A stretch of DNA of 64,000 nt from Planctomycetota bacterium (GTDB lineage Bacteria; Planctomycetota; UBA1135; UBA2386): the NCBI GenBank assembly GCA_965228735.1, contig OZ245838.1, positions 6,656,001 through 6,720,000 on the forward strand, in the 5' to 3' direction. Shown piece after piece: positions 9,390-20,816 of this stretch (its first letter is position 1; each line of letters begins with the position of its first letter). The translations under genes were made by a program, and so were the position numbers. The notes beneath the pieces are model-generated. The model was not told the origin of the DNA. It did not search any database and saw only the letters and a list, made by a program, of their open reading frames with translations.

Positions 9390-10114
9390 GTTCGCCCGCG
9401 GGCGAAGGCGATCTCGTCGTCCCGCGCAGCGTCGCGGTGATCATGGACGGCAACGGCCGCTGGGCGAAGCGCGCGGGTCTCGAACGCATCCGCGGACACG
9501 AGCGCGGCGTCACGGCCGTTCGCACGACGGTCACCGAATGCGCGCGGCTCGGCGTCGAGGCGCTCGTGCTCTATGCGTTCTCCGAGGAGAACTGGGAGCG
9601 GCCGCAGCGCGAGATCAAGCTGCTGTTCGGGCTGCTCAAGCGTTTCCTCGTCGACGAACGGTCGACGCTCATGGACAACGACGTGCGGCTGCTCCACAGC
9701 GGGCGGCGCGCGCGGTTGCCGGCCGACGTGCTCGACCTGCTCGACGAGACGGTCGAGCTCACGAAGAGCAATAACGGTCTGCACCTCGGGCTCGCGATCT
9801 CGTACGGCGGCCGCCAGGAGCTCGCGGACGCGGCGCGCGCGCTCGCGGAGGACGTCGCGGCCGGCAAGGTCGCACCGGGTGACGTCGACGAAGCGGCGCT
9901 GAGCCAACGCCTCTACCTGCCGCAGCTGCCGGATCCGGATCTGCTGATCCGCACGGCGGGTGAGTTGCGCGTCAGCAACTTCCTGCTGTGGCAGATCAGC
10001 TACTCCGAGATCTTCGTCAGCGACGTGTGCTGGCCGGAGTTCGGGAAGGACGAACTACACGCGGCGTTCCGCGAGTTCGGCCGCCGCACGCGGCGCTTCG
10101 GTAAGGTGTTCTGA
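9386..10114 (+). CDS. uppS: Undecaprenyl diphosphate synthase
   Basis: IMDGNGRWA, YAFSEENWERP, YGGRQE, DPDLLIRTAGELRVSNFLLWQ; GTGA overlap with purA. Confidence 0.97.
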   Translation: MSSPAGEGDLVVPRSVAVIMDGNGRWAKRAGLERIRGHERGVTAVRTTVTECARLGVEALVLYAFSEENWERPQREIKLLFGLLKRFLVDERSTLMDNDVRLLHSGRRARLPADVLDLLDETVELTKSNNGLHLGLAISYGGRQELADAARALAEDVAAGKVAPGDVDEAALSQRLYLPQLPDPDLLIRTAGELRVSNFLLWQISYSEIFVSDVCWPEFGKDELHAAFREFGRRTRRFGKVF

Positions 10115-10117
10115 GGA

Positions 10118-10969
10118 ATGGCGGGGGACCTCAAGACGCGCGCCGTCCTGGCGCCGACGATGCTGCTCCTCATCGGCCTGCTGTATTGGGCCGACTACAC
10201 CGAGCAGCTCGGGTTGCGGCAGGGTTCGCTCTGCGCCGGCGTCCTCGGGTTGTTCGGAATCGGCGGGGTCTACGAGTTCATCGCGTTGATGCGCGGCGGC
10301 GGCTTCTCGGTGTCGCGACGCACGCTGCCGCTGATGACCGCGCTGCTGCTCGTGTCGCCGTTCTTCTTCGCGTGGGGCAGCGTCGATCGCGAGCTCTATC
10401 CGCTGGTCGCCGCGACGCTGCTCGTGCTGTTTCCGATGGCGATGCAGTCGCTCGGGCGCGCGGACATGCGCGTCGGGCTCGAGAAGCAGGGCGCGACGCT
10501 GCTCGGCTTCATCTGGATCGCGTGGCCCATGTACCTCGCGATGGGCACGTGCTTCCGCCACCTGCCGTCCGTGCTCTACGTCGTCCTCGTCTGCAAGGGC
10601 GGCGACATCGGGGCCTACTGCTTCGGCCGGTTGTTCGGGCGGCACAAGCTCATTCCGCACATCAGTCCCGGCAAGACGATCGAGGGCGGTGTCGGCAGCC
10701 TCGTCGTGTCGGTCCTGCTCGCGGTTTATCTGCGCGATCCGCTGCTCGAACCCGAGGTCCAGCTGCCGCTCTGGCTCGCGATCGCCGTCGGCATCGCGCT
10801 CAACATCACGACCCAGGCGGGCGACCTCGTCGAGTCGCTGCTGAAGCGGCGGTGCGACGCGAAGGACAGCTCGACCTTGCTGCCGGCGCACGGCGGAATT
10901 CTCGACCTCGTCGATTCGCTCGTGTTCTCGTTCTCGGTCTGGTTCCTCGTGCTCGTGTGGCTGACCTGA
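10118..10969 (+). CDS. cdsA: Phosphatidate cytidylyltransferase
   Basis: Polytopic; DIGAYCFGRLFGRHKL, SPGKTIEG, KDSSTLLPAHGGILD. Confidence 0.95.
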   Translation: MAGDLKTRAVLAPTMLLLIGLLYWADYTEQLGLRQGSLCAGVLGLFGIGGVYEFIALMRGGGFSVSRRTLPLMTALLLVSPFFFAWGSVDRELYPLVAATLLVLFPMAMQSLGRADMRVGLEKQGATLLGFIWIAWPMYLAMGTCFRHLPSVLYVVLVCKGGDIGAYCFGRLFGRHKLIPHISPGKTIEGGVGSLVVSVLLAVYLRDPLLEPEVQLPLWLAIAVGIALNITTQAGDLVESLLKRRCDAKDSSTLLPAHGGILDLVDSLVFSFSVWFLVLVWLT

Positions 10970-10986
10970 GCGTATCCTCGCGCGCG

Positions 10987-11952
10987 ATGACCGATGCCGA
11001 TGTCCAGATCCCGCTGCAGTCCGTCGACGAGGCGCGCACGCTCCTCGGTCCGCTCGACAGCAACGCGCGCCTGATCCGCGAGCTGCACGGCGTCAGCGTG
11101 CTCGCGCGGGACGGCAGCCTGCGCCTGCTCGGCGAGACGGACAAGGTGACGCTCGTGCAGCAGGTGCTCGAGGAGTGCCTGCTGACGATCCGCAGCGGTC
11201 GCAAGCTCACGACCCAGGACGTCGGTTCGCGGTTGCGCGGCGGCAGCGCGGTCGAGGTGGGCGACGCGGACCTCGGAGGGGACGACGGAGCCGGTCGGGC
11301 GCCCGGCGGGGGCCACATGGGCGTGAAGGCGCGCACCGAGGGCCAGAAGCGCTACCTCGATGCGATCGGCGAGCACGAGGTCGTGTTCGGCGTCGGGCCC
11401 GCGGGCACCGGCAAGACCTATCTGGCGGTGGCCAAGGCCGTGCAGGCGCTCAAGCGCGGCGACGTTCGGCGCCTCGTGCTCGTACGGCCGGCGGTCGAGG
11501 CCGGCGAGAAGCTGGGGTTCCTGCCGGGTGACTTCCAGGCCAAGATCGATCCCTACCTGCGGCCGATGTACGACGCCTTGCAGGACCTGCTCGACGCCAG
11601 GACGCGGGAGCGCTGGCTCGAGAGCGACGTCGTCGAGGTCTGCCCGCTGGCCTACATGCGCGGCCGCACGCTCAACCGCGCGTTCGTGATCCTCGACGAG
11701 GCGCAGAACACGACGGTGCCCCAGATGCTGATGTTCCTCACGCGCCTGGGCGAGGGTTCGCGCATGGTCGTCACCGGTGATCCGTCGCAGAAGGACCTGC
11801 CACCCAACGTCAAGTCCGGGCTGTCGGACGCGGTGTCGCGCCTGCGGCAGGTCGACGGCATCGGCGTCGTCGAGCTGCACTCGAGCGACGTGGTCCGGCA
11901 CGCGGTCGTGAGCCGCATCGTCGACGCATACGGCGAAGGGCCGCGCGGATGA
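10987..11952 (+). CDS. phoH: PhoH family ATPase
   Basis: [39 protein letters not shown]. Confidence 0.96.
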   Translation: MTDADVQIPLQSVDEARTLLGPLDSNARLIRELHGVSVLARDGSLRLLGETDKVTLVQQVLEECLLTIRSGRKLTTQDVGSRLRGGSAVEVGDADLGGDDGAGRAPGGGHMGVKARTEGQKRYLDAIGEHEVVFGVGPAGTGKTYLAVAKAVQALKRGDVRRLVLVRPAVEAGEKLGFLPGDFQAKIDPYLRPMYDALQDLLDARTRERWLESDVVEVCPLAYMRGRTLNRAFVILDEAQNTTVPQMLMFLTRLGEGSRMVVTGDPSQKDLPPNVKSGLSDAVSRLRQVDGIGVVELHSSDVVRHAVVSRIVDAYGEGPRG

Positions 11953-12398
11953 GCGCGCGCCGGCCGCCGCTCGCGCTCGAGGTCCTCGATCACGGCCGGC
12001 CGCGCACGGCACGCGCGTTCCTCGAGAAGGTGGTGCGCGCGGCCTTGCAGCACGGCGGCCGCGAGGGTCTGCCCGTCTCGATCCTGCTCACCGACGACGA
12101 AGAGATCGCGCGCGTGCACGCTGACCACCTCGACGATCCGACCGCGACCGACGTGATCTCGTTCGACCTCGATGACTCCGCGGAGCTCGTCGTCAGCGTC
12201 GAGACCGCGCGTCGCACCGCGAAGGAGCTCGGTCACACGGTGCGTGCCGAAGTCGCGCTCTACGTCGTGCACGGGTTGTTGCACGTGTGCGGCTACGACG
12301 ATCACGCGCCGAAGGATCGCGCGCGCATGCGTGACGCCGAGCGCGCGGTGATGCGTCGACTGCGACTGCAGGTGTCGGAAGTCGATGGTGAGAACTGA
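11949..12398 (+). CDS. ybeY: rRNA maturation RNase YbeY
   Basis: TDVISF, HGLLHVCGYDDH; follows phoH. Confidence 0.95.
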   Translation: MSARRPPLALEVLDHGRPRTARAFLEKVVRAALQHGGREGLPVSILLTDDEEIARVHADHLDDPTATDVISFDLDDSAELVVSVETARRTAKELGHTVRAEVALYVVHGLLHVCGYDDHAPKDRARMRDAERAVMRRLRLQVSEVDGEN

Positions 12399-12406
12399 CT
12401 ACACCG

Positions 12407-12436
12407 TTGCACACTCCTAACAACTCGTGCTACCTT
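12407..12436 (+). promoter_or_regulatory. Putative sigma70 promoter of the FliA/WhiG-like gene
   Basis: TTGCAC (12407-12412), 18 nt, TGc-TACCTT extended -10 (12431-12436). Confidence 0.5.
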
Positions 12437-12510
12437 TCCGGCGCATGCGACCCGCGGACGAGCGTGTTCTTCGTTCGCCGCGGCGAGAACAGAGCCACGG
12501 GGTGGTGCCT

Positions 12511-13347
12511 ATGGTCAGCAACACAACGGTCACCGCGAAGCGCAAGCGCGGCCAACAGCAAGCGACGAGTCGCGAGGCGAACGTCGGTGACGCGACGGTT
12601 GGGAATACTGCGAAGGCGGATCGCGACAGCACGGAGGAGCTGCTGAAGCGCTACCAGCGGCGCCAGACCCAGGCGCTGCGTGACCGCCTCGTGGAGCGGC
12701 ACCGGCCGATCGTCGAGTCGATGGCCCGCACGCTGGCCTCGCGGTTGCCGCCGACGGTCGATGCGCGTGATCTCGAGCACGCGGGCATGTGGGGCATGAT
12801 GCAGGCGTTCTCGACCTACGAGGCCGAGCGCTGCGATCGATTCACGGCGTTCATGCGCATTCGCGTGCGCGGCGCGATGCTCGACGAGCTGCGGAACATG
12901 GATTTCCTGCCCCGGCTGATCCGGCGCCGGCTGCGCCAGCACAACGACGCGGTGGCCCGGCTGCGGATGCAGCTCGAGCGCGAGCCGACCAACGACGAGG
13001 TGGCGGTCGAACTCGGGATCTCCTCGGCTGCACTCGTGCGCTGGCAGGAGCATTCTCAGGTGCGCGCCGCGCCAGCGCTCGACGAGGACTCGCAGATCGT
13101 CGATCAGCTCGTCGACGAGGGCAACGAGTCGCCGATCGAGCCGATCGCCCGGCGCGAGCTGCTCGAGGCCGTGCGCGCGGCGCTGCAGCCGATCGAGTGG
13201 AAGGTGTTGCGCCTGCTCTACCTCGAAGGGCTGACCGGCAAGCAGGTCGCGCGCAAGCTGCGGCTGTCCGCGTCGCGCATCTGCCAGATCCACGGCCGGG
13301 TGCTCGACCGCCTCAAGGTCGAGCTCGCGACGCTCGTCGCGGGCTGA
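12511..13347 (+). CDS. FliA/WhiG family (sigma-28-like) sigma factor
   Basis: DLEHAGMWGM, RIRVRGAMLDELRNMDFLPR, LEREPT..EVA, GLTGKQVARKLRLSASRICQIH. Confidence 0.9.
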   Translation: MVSNTTVTAKRKRGQQQATSREANVGDATVGNTAKADRDSTEELLKRYQRRQTQALRDRLVERHRPIVESMARTLASRLPPTVDARDLEHAGMWGMMQAFSTYEAERCDRFTAFMRIRVRGAMLDELRNMDFLPRLIRRRLRQHNDAVARLRMQLEREPTNDEVAVELGISSAALVRWQEHSQVRAAPALDEDSQIVDQLVDEGNESPIEPIARRELLEAVRAALQPIEWKVLRLLYLEGLTGKQVARKLRLSASRICQIHGRVLDRLKVELATLVAG

Positions 13348-13365
13348 GTTCGAGACGGCTTGCCG

Positions 13366-14670
13366 ATGACCAGTCCGACGCCCTGCGACGAATCCGGCAC
13401 CGCCGCGTTCCACCGTGGCGTGCCCGGAGCTGCGGGGGCCGGCGAGCTCTGGTGCGAGGGCGTGCGCGTGGCGGAGCTCGCCGATCGCTACGGCACGCCG
13501 CTCTACGTCTACAGCGACGCGGCCATCACCGAGCGGGCAACTCGACTGCGGCGCGCGTTCGGCGATGACGCGGTGATCTGCTACGCGGTCAAGGCCAACA
13601 GCAACGTCAACCTGCTGCGACGCGTGCACGAACTCGGGCTCGGGTTCGACCTCGTGAGCGGCGGCGAACTCGAGCGGCTGCAGGCCGTCGGGCTCGCGGC
13701 GACCCAGGCCGTGTTCGCCGGTGTCGGCAAGGAACCGTGGGAGGTCGAGGCCGCAGCGCGGGCCGGCATCCTGTTCTTCAACGTCGAGTCCGAACACGAA
13801 CTGCCGCTCCTCGCCGAGGCGGGTGCCGCAGCCGGTCGTCCGTTGCCCGTCGCGCTGCGCGTCAATCCCGACGTCGAGGCCGGCACGCACGCCTACATCA
13901 CGACCGGGAAGCGCCAGAACAAGTTCGGCATCGGGCTGGATCGCGCTCCCGCGGTCGTCGCCGAGATCGTCGCGAACCCATGGCTCGAGCTGCGCGGCTA
14001 CCACGTGCATCTCGGCAGTCAGCTGCGTTCCGTCGACCCCTACGTCGCGGCGTTCGAGCGCATCGCCGAGTTCGCCGACAGCGACGCGCGGCACCGTGAT
14101 GGCGTGACGCACTACGACCTCGGCGGCGGCTTCGGCATCGCGTACGGCGAGGGCGAGGAGCTCGACGTCGGGGCCGTGGCGGCGGCGCTGCTGCCGCGGC
14201 TGCGCGAGCGCGGCTGGACGCCGGTGCTCGAGCCCGGGCGCTATCTCGTCGGCGACGCGGGCCTGCTCGTCACGCGGGTCATCGGCCAGAAGGGGCAGGG
14301 CGGCGCCGAGTTCGTGCTCGTCGACGCCGCGATGAACGATCTGCTGCGGCCGGCGCTCTACCAGGCGGAGCACCCGATCGCGCCCGTGCTGCCGGCGCGG
14401 CCGGGCGCGCCCCGGCCGGTCGACGTCGTCGGGCCGGTCTGCGAGACGGGCGACTTCCTCGCGCGCGGGCGGGCGCTGCCGCCGCTGGAGCGCGGCGACC
14501 TCCTGGCGGTCCTCGCCGCGGGGGCGTACGGTGCGAGCATGGCGTCCAACTACAACAGCCGCCGGCGACCGGCCGAGGTGCTGGTGCGCGGCGACGGGGC
14601 GCGACTCATCAAGAAGCGCGAGACGTTCGCGCAGCTCATCCAGAACGAGGTCGATGCCGATGATTCTTGA
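13366..14670 (+). CDS. lysA: Diaminopimelate decarboxylase
   Basis: YGTPLYVY, YAVKAN (PLP lysine), HLGSQ, DLGGGFG, EPGR, GPVCETGD, MASNYN. Confidence 0.97.
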   Translation: MTSPTPCDESGTAAFHRGVPGAAGAGELWCEGVRVAELADRYGTPLYVYSDAAITERATRLRRAFGDDAVICYAVKANSNVNLLRRVHELGLGFDLVSGGELERLQAVGLAATQAVFAGVGKEPWEVEAAARAGILFFNVESEHELPLLAEAGAAAGRPLPVALRVNPDVEAGTHAYITTGKRQNKFGIGLDRAPAVVAEIVANPWLELRGYHVHLGSQLRSVDPYVAAFERIAEFADSDARHRDGVTHYDLGGGFGIAYGEGEELDVGAVAAALLPRLRERGWTPVLEPGRYLVGDAGLLVTRVIGQKGQGGAEFVLVDAAMNDLLRPALYQAEHPIAPVLPARPGAPRPVDVVGPVCETGDFLARGRALPPLERGDLLAVLAAGAYGASMASNYNSRRRPAEVLVRGDGARLIKKRETFAQLIQNEVDADDS

Positions 14671-14866
14671 ACGGTCGAGGTCAGAGCCGTGGCGGAAGGT
14701 CGGGCGGTCGGGTCAGCGCGCGCGCCGACTGGTCGCATGGTTCACCGTCCTCTGCTGCCTGCCACTGTCCGGCTGCGGTCTGCTGTGGAACGAGTTCTCG
14801 TTCCTCGACGTCCAGGCGCCGCCACCGGTGACCGCCGGCGACGCCGACGACCCGGCCGGGTCCTGA
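14660..14866 (+). CDS. Small putative lipoprotein
   Basis: RARRLVAWFTVLCCLPLSG|C lipobox; fills the gap after lysA; start uncertain. Confidence 0.5.
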   Translation: MILERSRSEPWRKVGRSGQRARRLVAWFTVLCCLPLSGCGLLWNEFSFLDVQAPPPVTAGDADDPAGS

Positions 14867-14894
14867 CGCGGCGCCAGGCCGACGGTGACGTGAC

Positions 14895-15262
14895 ATGGTC
14901 AGTGAGCGCCTGCGCGACGTGATGCTCGCGGCCGATGGGGCCGGCGCATTGACCGGTGACGACGTTCGGCGCGGCGCCGCGACGCATCCCGTGTGCGGCG
15001 ACGAGGTCGAACTGTTCGTTCGACTCGACGGCCGGGTGATCCGAGACCTTGGTTGGCTCGCCGCCGGTTGTCCCGCGACGATGGCGGTCACGGCGCTGTC
15101 TCGTTCGGCGTTGGTCGGCGCGCCGATCGACGACGCCGAGGCCCGACTGCACGCGGCGATCACCGCGCTGGGCGGGCTCGCACGCCAGGAACGCCACGCG
15201 GCCGCGATCGTGCTGCGGGCGCTCGCGATGGCGGGCGGCAACGACGAGACGGCGGCGCGCTG

Positions 15263-15263
<1 letters not shown>
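14895..15263 (+). CDS. IscU/SufU-like (NifU_N) protein lacking the third Cys
   Basis: HPVCGDEV and AGCPATMA present; RHA where IscU has xHC. Confidence 0.8.
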
Positions 15264-16885
<1,622 letters not shown>

Positions 16886-16892
16886 CCGAGAG

Positions 16893-16927
16893 TGTGCGAA
16901 ATCTGCACAGAGTGCGGATCCCGCGCG
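16893..16927. promoter_or_regulatory. Tandem palindromic activator-binding sites (UAS)
   Basis: TGTGC-N7-GCACA (16893-16909) and a degenerate copy AGTGCGGATCCCGCGCG (16911-16927). Confidence 0.65.
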
Positions 16928-16991
16928 CCTCGCCGGTTGCGAAGGTGTTCGTAAAGCTATGGAATAAAGATGCTTATGGATTCTCTCATCG

Positions 16992-17007
16992 TGGTACCGG
17001 GATTGCG
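16992..17007 (+). promoter_or_regulatory. Sigma-54 (-24/-12) promoter
   Basis: TGGTACCGGGATTGCG: GG-N10-GC spacing, matches TGGCAC-N5-TTGC; predicted +1 near 17018. Confidence 0.8.
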
Positions 17008-17020
17008 ATGGAACGGCTCG

Positions 17021-18853
17021 ATGACGCCCCTCACCCAGCAACTGCGCACCGGCCTGCTCGCCATCGGGTTCGGCGCTGCGGGCCTGCTGGGGGATGCACG
17101 CGGACAGTCGCCCGCCGCCTCCGGCCCGCAGGCTGCACCGCGGCTCGTCGACTCGATCGAAGCGCCGTTGCTCTACCTTGCTCTCGGCGGCAAGACCCGC
17201 GGCGGTGGAGCCCTCGGCGGCGGGGCTGCTGGCGCGGCATCTACGGGTAGGGCGGCCGTGCAGCGGCTGCTCGCCGACCCGGCGCTCGATGCGCTGCTCG
17301 ACGAGTCCCTGCGCGATGAGCCCGCCGCGACGCGGAGCAGCTCGACCGGCCGATCGCTCGCGCTCGTCCGCGGCGTTCTCAGTCGGTGCGCTGGCGAGAT
17401 CGAAGTCGCGATGACGGGCGTCGTGCCCGGGATCGGTCGACCCCTGCTCGTGCTGCGCGCCGAACTGCAGCCGGAACAGGCGAAGAACCTCGACGCCGCG
17501 CTGCGGCCGCAGCCGCAGGTCAGCGGGGGCGGCAGCCGGCTCGCGGCGAACCACCGCAAGATTCGTGGGCAGCAGACCTACGCGATGCTCGGCGAGGACG
17601 GTCGGCTCGCGACCGGGATCGGCCGCCAGGTCGAGCTCGCGGTCGTCGGCAGCGACCTGCTCGTCACGAACGACGCGACGGCGATGGAAGAGTTGCTCGC
17701 GCCGCAGCGCACGACGGCCAGTCCGCGCGCGCTCTCGGGCAACGATCGCTTCGTCGCGCTGAAGCAGCGCATCGCCGCGCCCGCGGGCTCGTTGCTCGTC
17801 TACGGCGACTGGGCCCGGCTCGGCCGGCGCCTCGGCGGTTCGGGGCTGACCGCCCAACTGCTGCTCGACTCCGGTCTCGGTTCGGCGCGCAGCGTGATGG
17901 CTGCGTTGAGCTGCCAGCCGACCGAGAACCGAGCTGCAGCCGATCGCTCGACGGCTGCCGGGACGCGCTTCACCGCGACCGTGCTGCTCGATTTCGAGCA
18001 GGACAACCCCAACGTGCGGGCGCTGCGTGCGCCGGGTCGCAAGGCGCCGCCGTTCTGGGATTCGCCGGGCATCGACGGCTGGCTCACGGCCGCGCTGTCG
18101 GTCAAGCCGCGGCAGCTCGCGCGTGATCTGCCGGGTGGTGGCCTCGGTGGGCTCGTGCTCGCGATGGACCTGCCGGTCGTCGCGACGCGTTCGCCGCGCG
18201 GCGCGCGGCTGTTGCGTGACCTGCGCAACTCCCTCGAGGCCTTCGGTCTCGACTTCAAGCGCAACGTGCTCTCCCGGCTCGGCACGCGGGGCACGGTGCA
18301 GCTGCTGTTCCGGCGCGGCGCCGACGGCGAGGCCGCGACGCGTATCGAGTCGATCTACGCCGTGCGCGCCACGAGCCGCACGGCGGCGAGCAACCTCTTC
18401 ACCGATCTGCGGCGCGCGGCCGAACAGCACGGCATCGGCAAGGTGCTGGCGGGTCGCGACCGGCCGGGTCGTGACAACGTCGACGTGCTCGAGCTGCGCG
18501 TGCACCCGGAAGACGAGCCGACGTGCGTCGCGGTCGCCTCCGACGCGGTGCTCGTCGCGTTCGACGCGACGTCCATCGACGAGTTCCTCACGGAACACCG
18601 CGCCGTCGCGCGGCAGCGCGGCAAGCGGAACTCGCAGGTGGGTGCAGTCGTAGAACGAATCGGAGGGCGAGAGGTCAGCGGCCTCTTCGACCTCGACTTC
18701 ACGCCGTGGCTCGAACGCTTTGCCGACCTGCTCGGGGAACGTGGTGTCGCGGTCGATCTCTCCGGCATTCCGTCGCGGCACGTCGGCTACCTCGACCTGC
18801 AGCCGCGGGACGGCGGAACCATCATTCGAATCTGTGTGCTGTCGTCGCGGTAG
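17021..18853 (+). CDS. Secreted hypothetical protein (possibly DUF3352-like)
   Basis: Signal peptide ending ARG|Q; host-like codon usage; family call tentative. Confidence 0.75.
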   Translation: MTPLTQQLRTGLLAIGFGAAGLLGDARGQSPAASGPQAAPRLVDSIEAPLLYLALGGKTRGGGALGGGAAGAASTGRAAVQRLLADPALDALLDESLRDEPAATRSSSTGRSLALVRGVLSRCAGEIEVAMTGVVPGIGRPLLVLRAELQPEQAKNLDAALRPQPQVSGGGSRLAANHRKIRGQQTYAMLGEDGRLATGIGRQVELAVVGSDLLVTNDATAMEELLAPQRTTASPRALSGNDRFVALKQRIAAPAGSLLVYGDWARLGRRLGGSGLTAQLLLDSGLGSARSVMAALSCQPTENRAAADRSTAAGTRFTATVLLDFEQDNPNVRALRAPGRKAPPFWDSPGIDGWLTAALSVKPRQLARDLPGGGLGGLVLAMDLPVVATRSPRGARLLRDLRNSLEAFGLDFKRNVLSRLGTRGTVQLLFRRGADGEAATRIESIYAVRATSRTAASNLFTDLRRAAEQHGIGKVLAGRDRPGRDNVDVLELRVHPEDEPTCVAVASDAVLVAFDATSIDEFLTEHRAVARQRGKRNSQVGAVVERIGGREVSGLFDLDFTPWLERFADLLGERGVAVDLSGIPSRHVGYLDLQPRDGGTIIRICVLSSR

Positions 18854-18910
18854 CGCGTTGCACACCTGACGACCCGCTCGCGCGGGGCTCTTTCACAACA
18901 ACAGGCATTC

Positions 18911-19264
18911 GACGTCCACGCCGGGCAACCGGCGCGTTCGTCACGGGTGCATGGCTGGTGCTCGTCACACGCCGCTCGAGATCTGGGGCAGGCAGGGCGG
19001 TGTGCGTCGGTCTTTCGCGTGTGTTGCGCGAACCATGCATCCGTTCCTTATTTGGCGCGTGACCTTCGGGGGTCCGATCGGCGTCCCGATTCTGGGGCAG
19101 GCTAGGGACAACGGTCGACCAGTCGCACAAGTGGTGCGAGGGGGTCACGCGCCACATTTCTCATTCTCGGCTCGTCCTTCGAGCCCTTCATCATTCCAGC
19201 TCGGTCTTCCAGCTCGGGGACTTCGTCGCGAGGACAGGCGCGGCGGGGTCCCCGGCTACTTTTT
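18911..19264 (+). ncRNA. Candidate structured ncRNA: two 102-nt three-way junctions with a shared TCTGGGGCAGGC loop, ending in a terminator
   Basis: Units 18943-19044 and 19053-19154 have the same architecture but different stem sequences; wobble pairs are G-U on the + strand; 450-nt gap with no credible CDS. Confidence 0.7.
19211..19264 (+). terminator. Intrinsic terminator
   Basis: GGGGACTTCGTCGCG-AGGACAGG-CGCGGCGGGGTCCCC stem (with G-U) followed by GGCTACTTTTT. Confidence 0.75.
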
Positions 19265-19303
19265 GGGCGTTGATCGTCGGCCGCGATCGCGACAATCGTC
19301 GGC

Positions 19304-20764
19304 ATGTTCCTCGCACTGGATCAGGGCACGACGAGCAGCCGCGCGATCGTCTTCGATGCGGGCGGTGCGATCCGCGGTTCGGGTCAGCAGGAGTTCGCGC
19401 AGCACTTCCCGGCGCCGGGGCACGTCGAGCATGACCCCGACGACATCCTGCAGAGTCAACTCGCGGCCGTAGCCGCGGCGCGGCGCGAGGCCGGCGAGCC
19501 CGCGATCACGGCCATCGGGATCACGAACCAGCGCGAGACGGTCGTCGTGTTCGATCGCGCGACGGGGCGGCCGATCCACCGCGCGATCGTCTGGCAGGAT
19601 CGGCGCACGGCAGGGGAGCTGCAGGCGCTCGCCGAGCGCGACGGCGCGGCCGAGCTCGTGCGCACCCGCACCGGGCTGACCCTCGATCCCTACTTCAGCG
19701 CCAGGAAGATCGCCTGGATCCTCGATCACGTGCCCGGGGCGCGCGCGCGGGCCGAGCGCGGCGAGCTCGCGGCCTGCACGGTCGATTCGTGGCTGCTCTG
19801 GCATCTGACGAAGGGCGCCGTGTTCGCGACCGAGCCGAGCAACGCGTCGCGCACGAGTCTGTTCGACCTGCAGACGGGCGACTGGAGCGATGCCCTCTGC
19901 GAACTCTTCGCCGTGCCGCGCGCCGTGTTGCCCGAGGTGCGCCCGTCGGCGGGCGAGTTCGGCGCGGGCGAGCTGCTCGGCGGCGCGCCGGTCTGCGCGA
20001 TGCTCGGCGACCAGCAGAGCGCGTTGTTCGGTCACGCCTGCACGAACATCGGTAACAGCAAGTGCACCTACGGCACCGGCGCGTTCGCGCTCACGAACGT
20101 CGGGACGGCGCCGGCCGATCCGGCGCCCGGCGTGCTGTCGACCGTCGCGTGGCGGCTCGGTGACGTGACGACGTTCGCGCTCGAGGGCAGCGTGCTGGTG
20201 TGCGGCGCGGCGATCCAGTGGCTGCGCGACCAGCTCGGTCTCGTCGCGAGCGCCGCGGATACGGAAGAACTCGCGCGTTCGGTGCCGGACAGCGGCGGGA
20301 TCGTGTTCGTGCCCGCGTTCGCCGGCCTCGGCACGCCGCACTGGGATCCGACCGCGCGCGGCGCGATCGTCGGAATCACCCGCGGGACGTCGAAGGCGCA
20401 CCTCGTGCGCGCGGCGCTCGAAGCGCTCGCGCTGCAGGTCGACGACGTGCTCACGGCGATGGCGGACGGCGGCGGCAGCGGCGAACTGCACGTCGACGGC
20501 GGCGCGACGAGCAACGGCCTGCTGCTCGAGATCCAGGCCGCGTTGCTCGGGCGCCCCGTCGTGCGTCCGGCGCTGCTCGAAGCGACCGCGTTCGGCGCGT
20601 TCCGCATGGCGATGCTGGGAGCCGGCGCCGCGGCGCTCGACGAACTGCCGCGATTGCCGGGCGAGCCGACCCGCGTCGCCCCGGGCGATGGTGTCGCGAT
20701 CGACATCGCGGAACTGCGCGCGCGCTGGCAGAAAGCGGTGCCGCGCACGCGGGGTTGGGTCTGA
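19304..20764 (+). CDS. glpK: Glycerol kinase
   Basis: LDQGTTSSRA, GITNQRET, AIVWQDRRT, GDQQSALFG, KCTYGTG, VDGGAT. Confidence 0.96.
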   Translation: MFLALDQGTTSSRAIVFDAGGAIRGSGQQEFAQHFPAPGHVEHDPDDILQSQLAAVAAARREAGEPAITAIGITNQRETVVVFDRATGRPIHRAIVWQDRRTAGELQALAERDGAAELVRTRTGLTLDPYFSARKIAWILDHVPGARARAERGELAACTVDSWLLWHLTKGAVFATEPSNASRTSLFDLQTGDWSDALCELFAVPRAVLPEVRPSAGEFGAGELLGGAPVCAMLGDQQSALFGHACTNIGNSKCTYGTGAFALTNVGTAPADPAPGVLSTVAWRLGDVTTFALEGSVLVCGAAIQWLRDQLGLVASAADTEELARSVPDSGGIVFVPAFAGLGTPHWDPTARGAIVGITRGTSKAHLVRAALEALALQVDDVLTAMADGGGSGELHVDGGATSNGLLLEIQAALLGRPVVRPALLEATAFGAFRMAMLGAGAAALDELPRLPGEPTRVAPGDGVAIDIAELRARWQKAVPRTRGWV

Positions 20765-20816
20765 GCGCCGAGCCGATGCCTTCCCTCGCAGGTCGGCGTG
20801 GCCTACAACGGCAGCC

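Noticed and set aside
19053..19154. tRNA or tmRNA-like element (ends in CCA)
   Set aside because: No T-loop or anticodon arm, and the CCA is base-paired in the closing stem.
18822..19472. ORFs across the ncRNA gap
   Set aside because: No recognisable motifs, atypical codons, and overlaps with real genes.
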